From: Mobula hypostoma
Taxonomy: Eukaryota
Reading direction: 5' to 3'
DNA: 64,000 nt
Assembly (NCBI RefSeq): GCF_963921235.1
Contig: NC_086097.1
Coordinates: 194,434,001 to 194,498,000, forward strand
This document shows, piece after piece, positions 63,901 through 64,000 of the stretch. Each line of letters begins with the position of its first letter. Positions within the stretch are counted from its first letter, which is position 1. The translations under genes were made by a program, and so were the position numbers. The notes under the pieces were generated by a model. That model ran no database searches and had not been told where the DNA came from. It saw only the letters and a list, made by a program, of their open reading frames with translations.

Positions 63901-64000
63901 TGCAGCTGCAGGAAATGAACTGAGACAATGACACTTGCATCCTTCTCCACATCCTCTGAGCAAATCCACAGTCTGTATAAGAGGCAAGTGGCCATCTCTT

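Overview
Eukaryotic (vertebrate-type) intergenic or intronic DNA, well over half of it decayed and nested transposable elements. The repeat mix suggests a cartilaginous fish (inference). No host protein-coding gene could be supported, and nearly all ORFs in the track are TE fragments or their antisense shadows. Contents: many CR1 LINEs (SGNH-esterase ORF1, APE-RT ORF2), Rex1/Babar LINEs, a near-complete RTE, an L1, a near-complete Penelope-like element (PLE; RT + GIY-YIG), a Gypsy 5' fragment, solo LTRs and tRNA-derived SINEs. The most notable signals are RNA-level. (1) About a dozen minimal type-I hammerhead ribozyme motifs occur in PLE termini; several sit in tiny 100-250 bp insertions with 10-13 bp target-site duplications (TSDs) that start right at ribozyme helix I or form foldbacks. 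(2) A twister-like motif lies in the RTE 5' UTR. (3) A tRNA-SINE head is fused to a CR1 3' end within one putative TSD. TE family calls come from recognised protein motifs, not database searches, and boundaries without a TSD are approximate.
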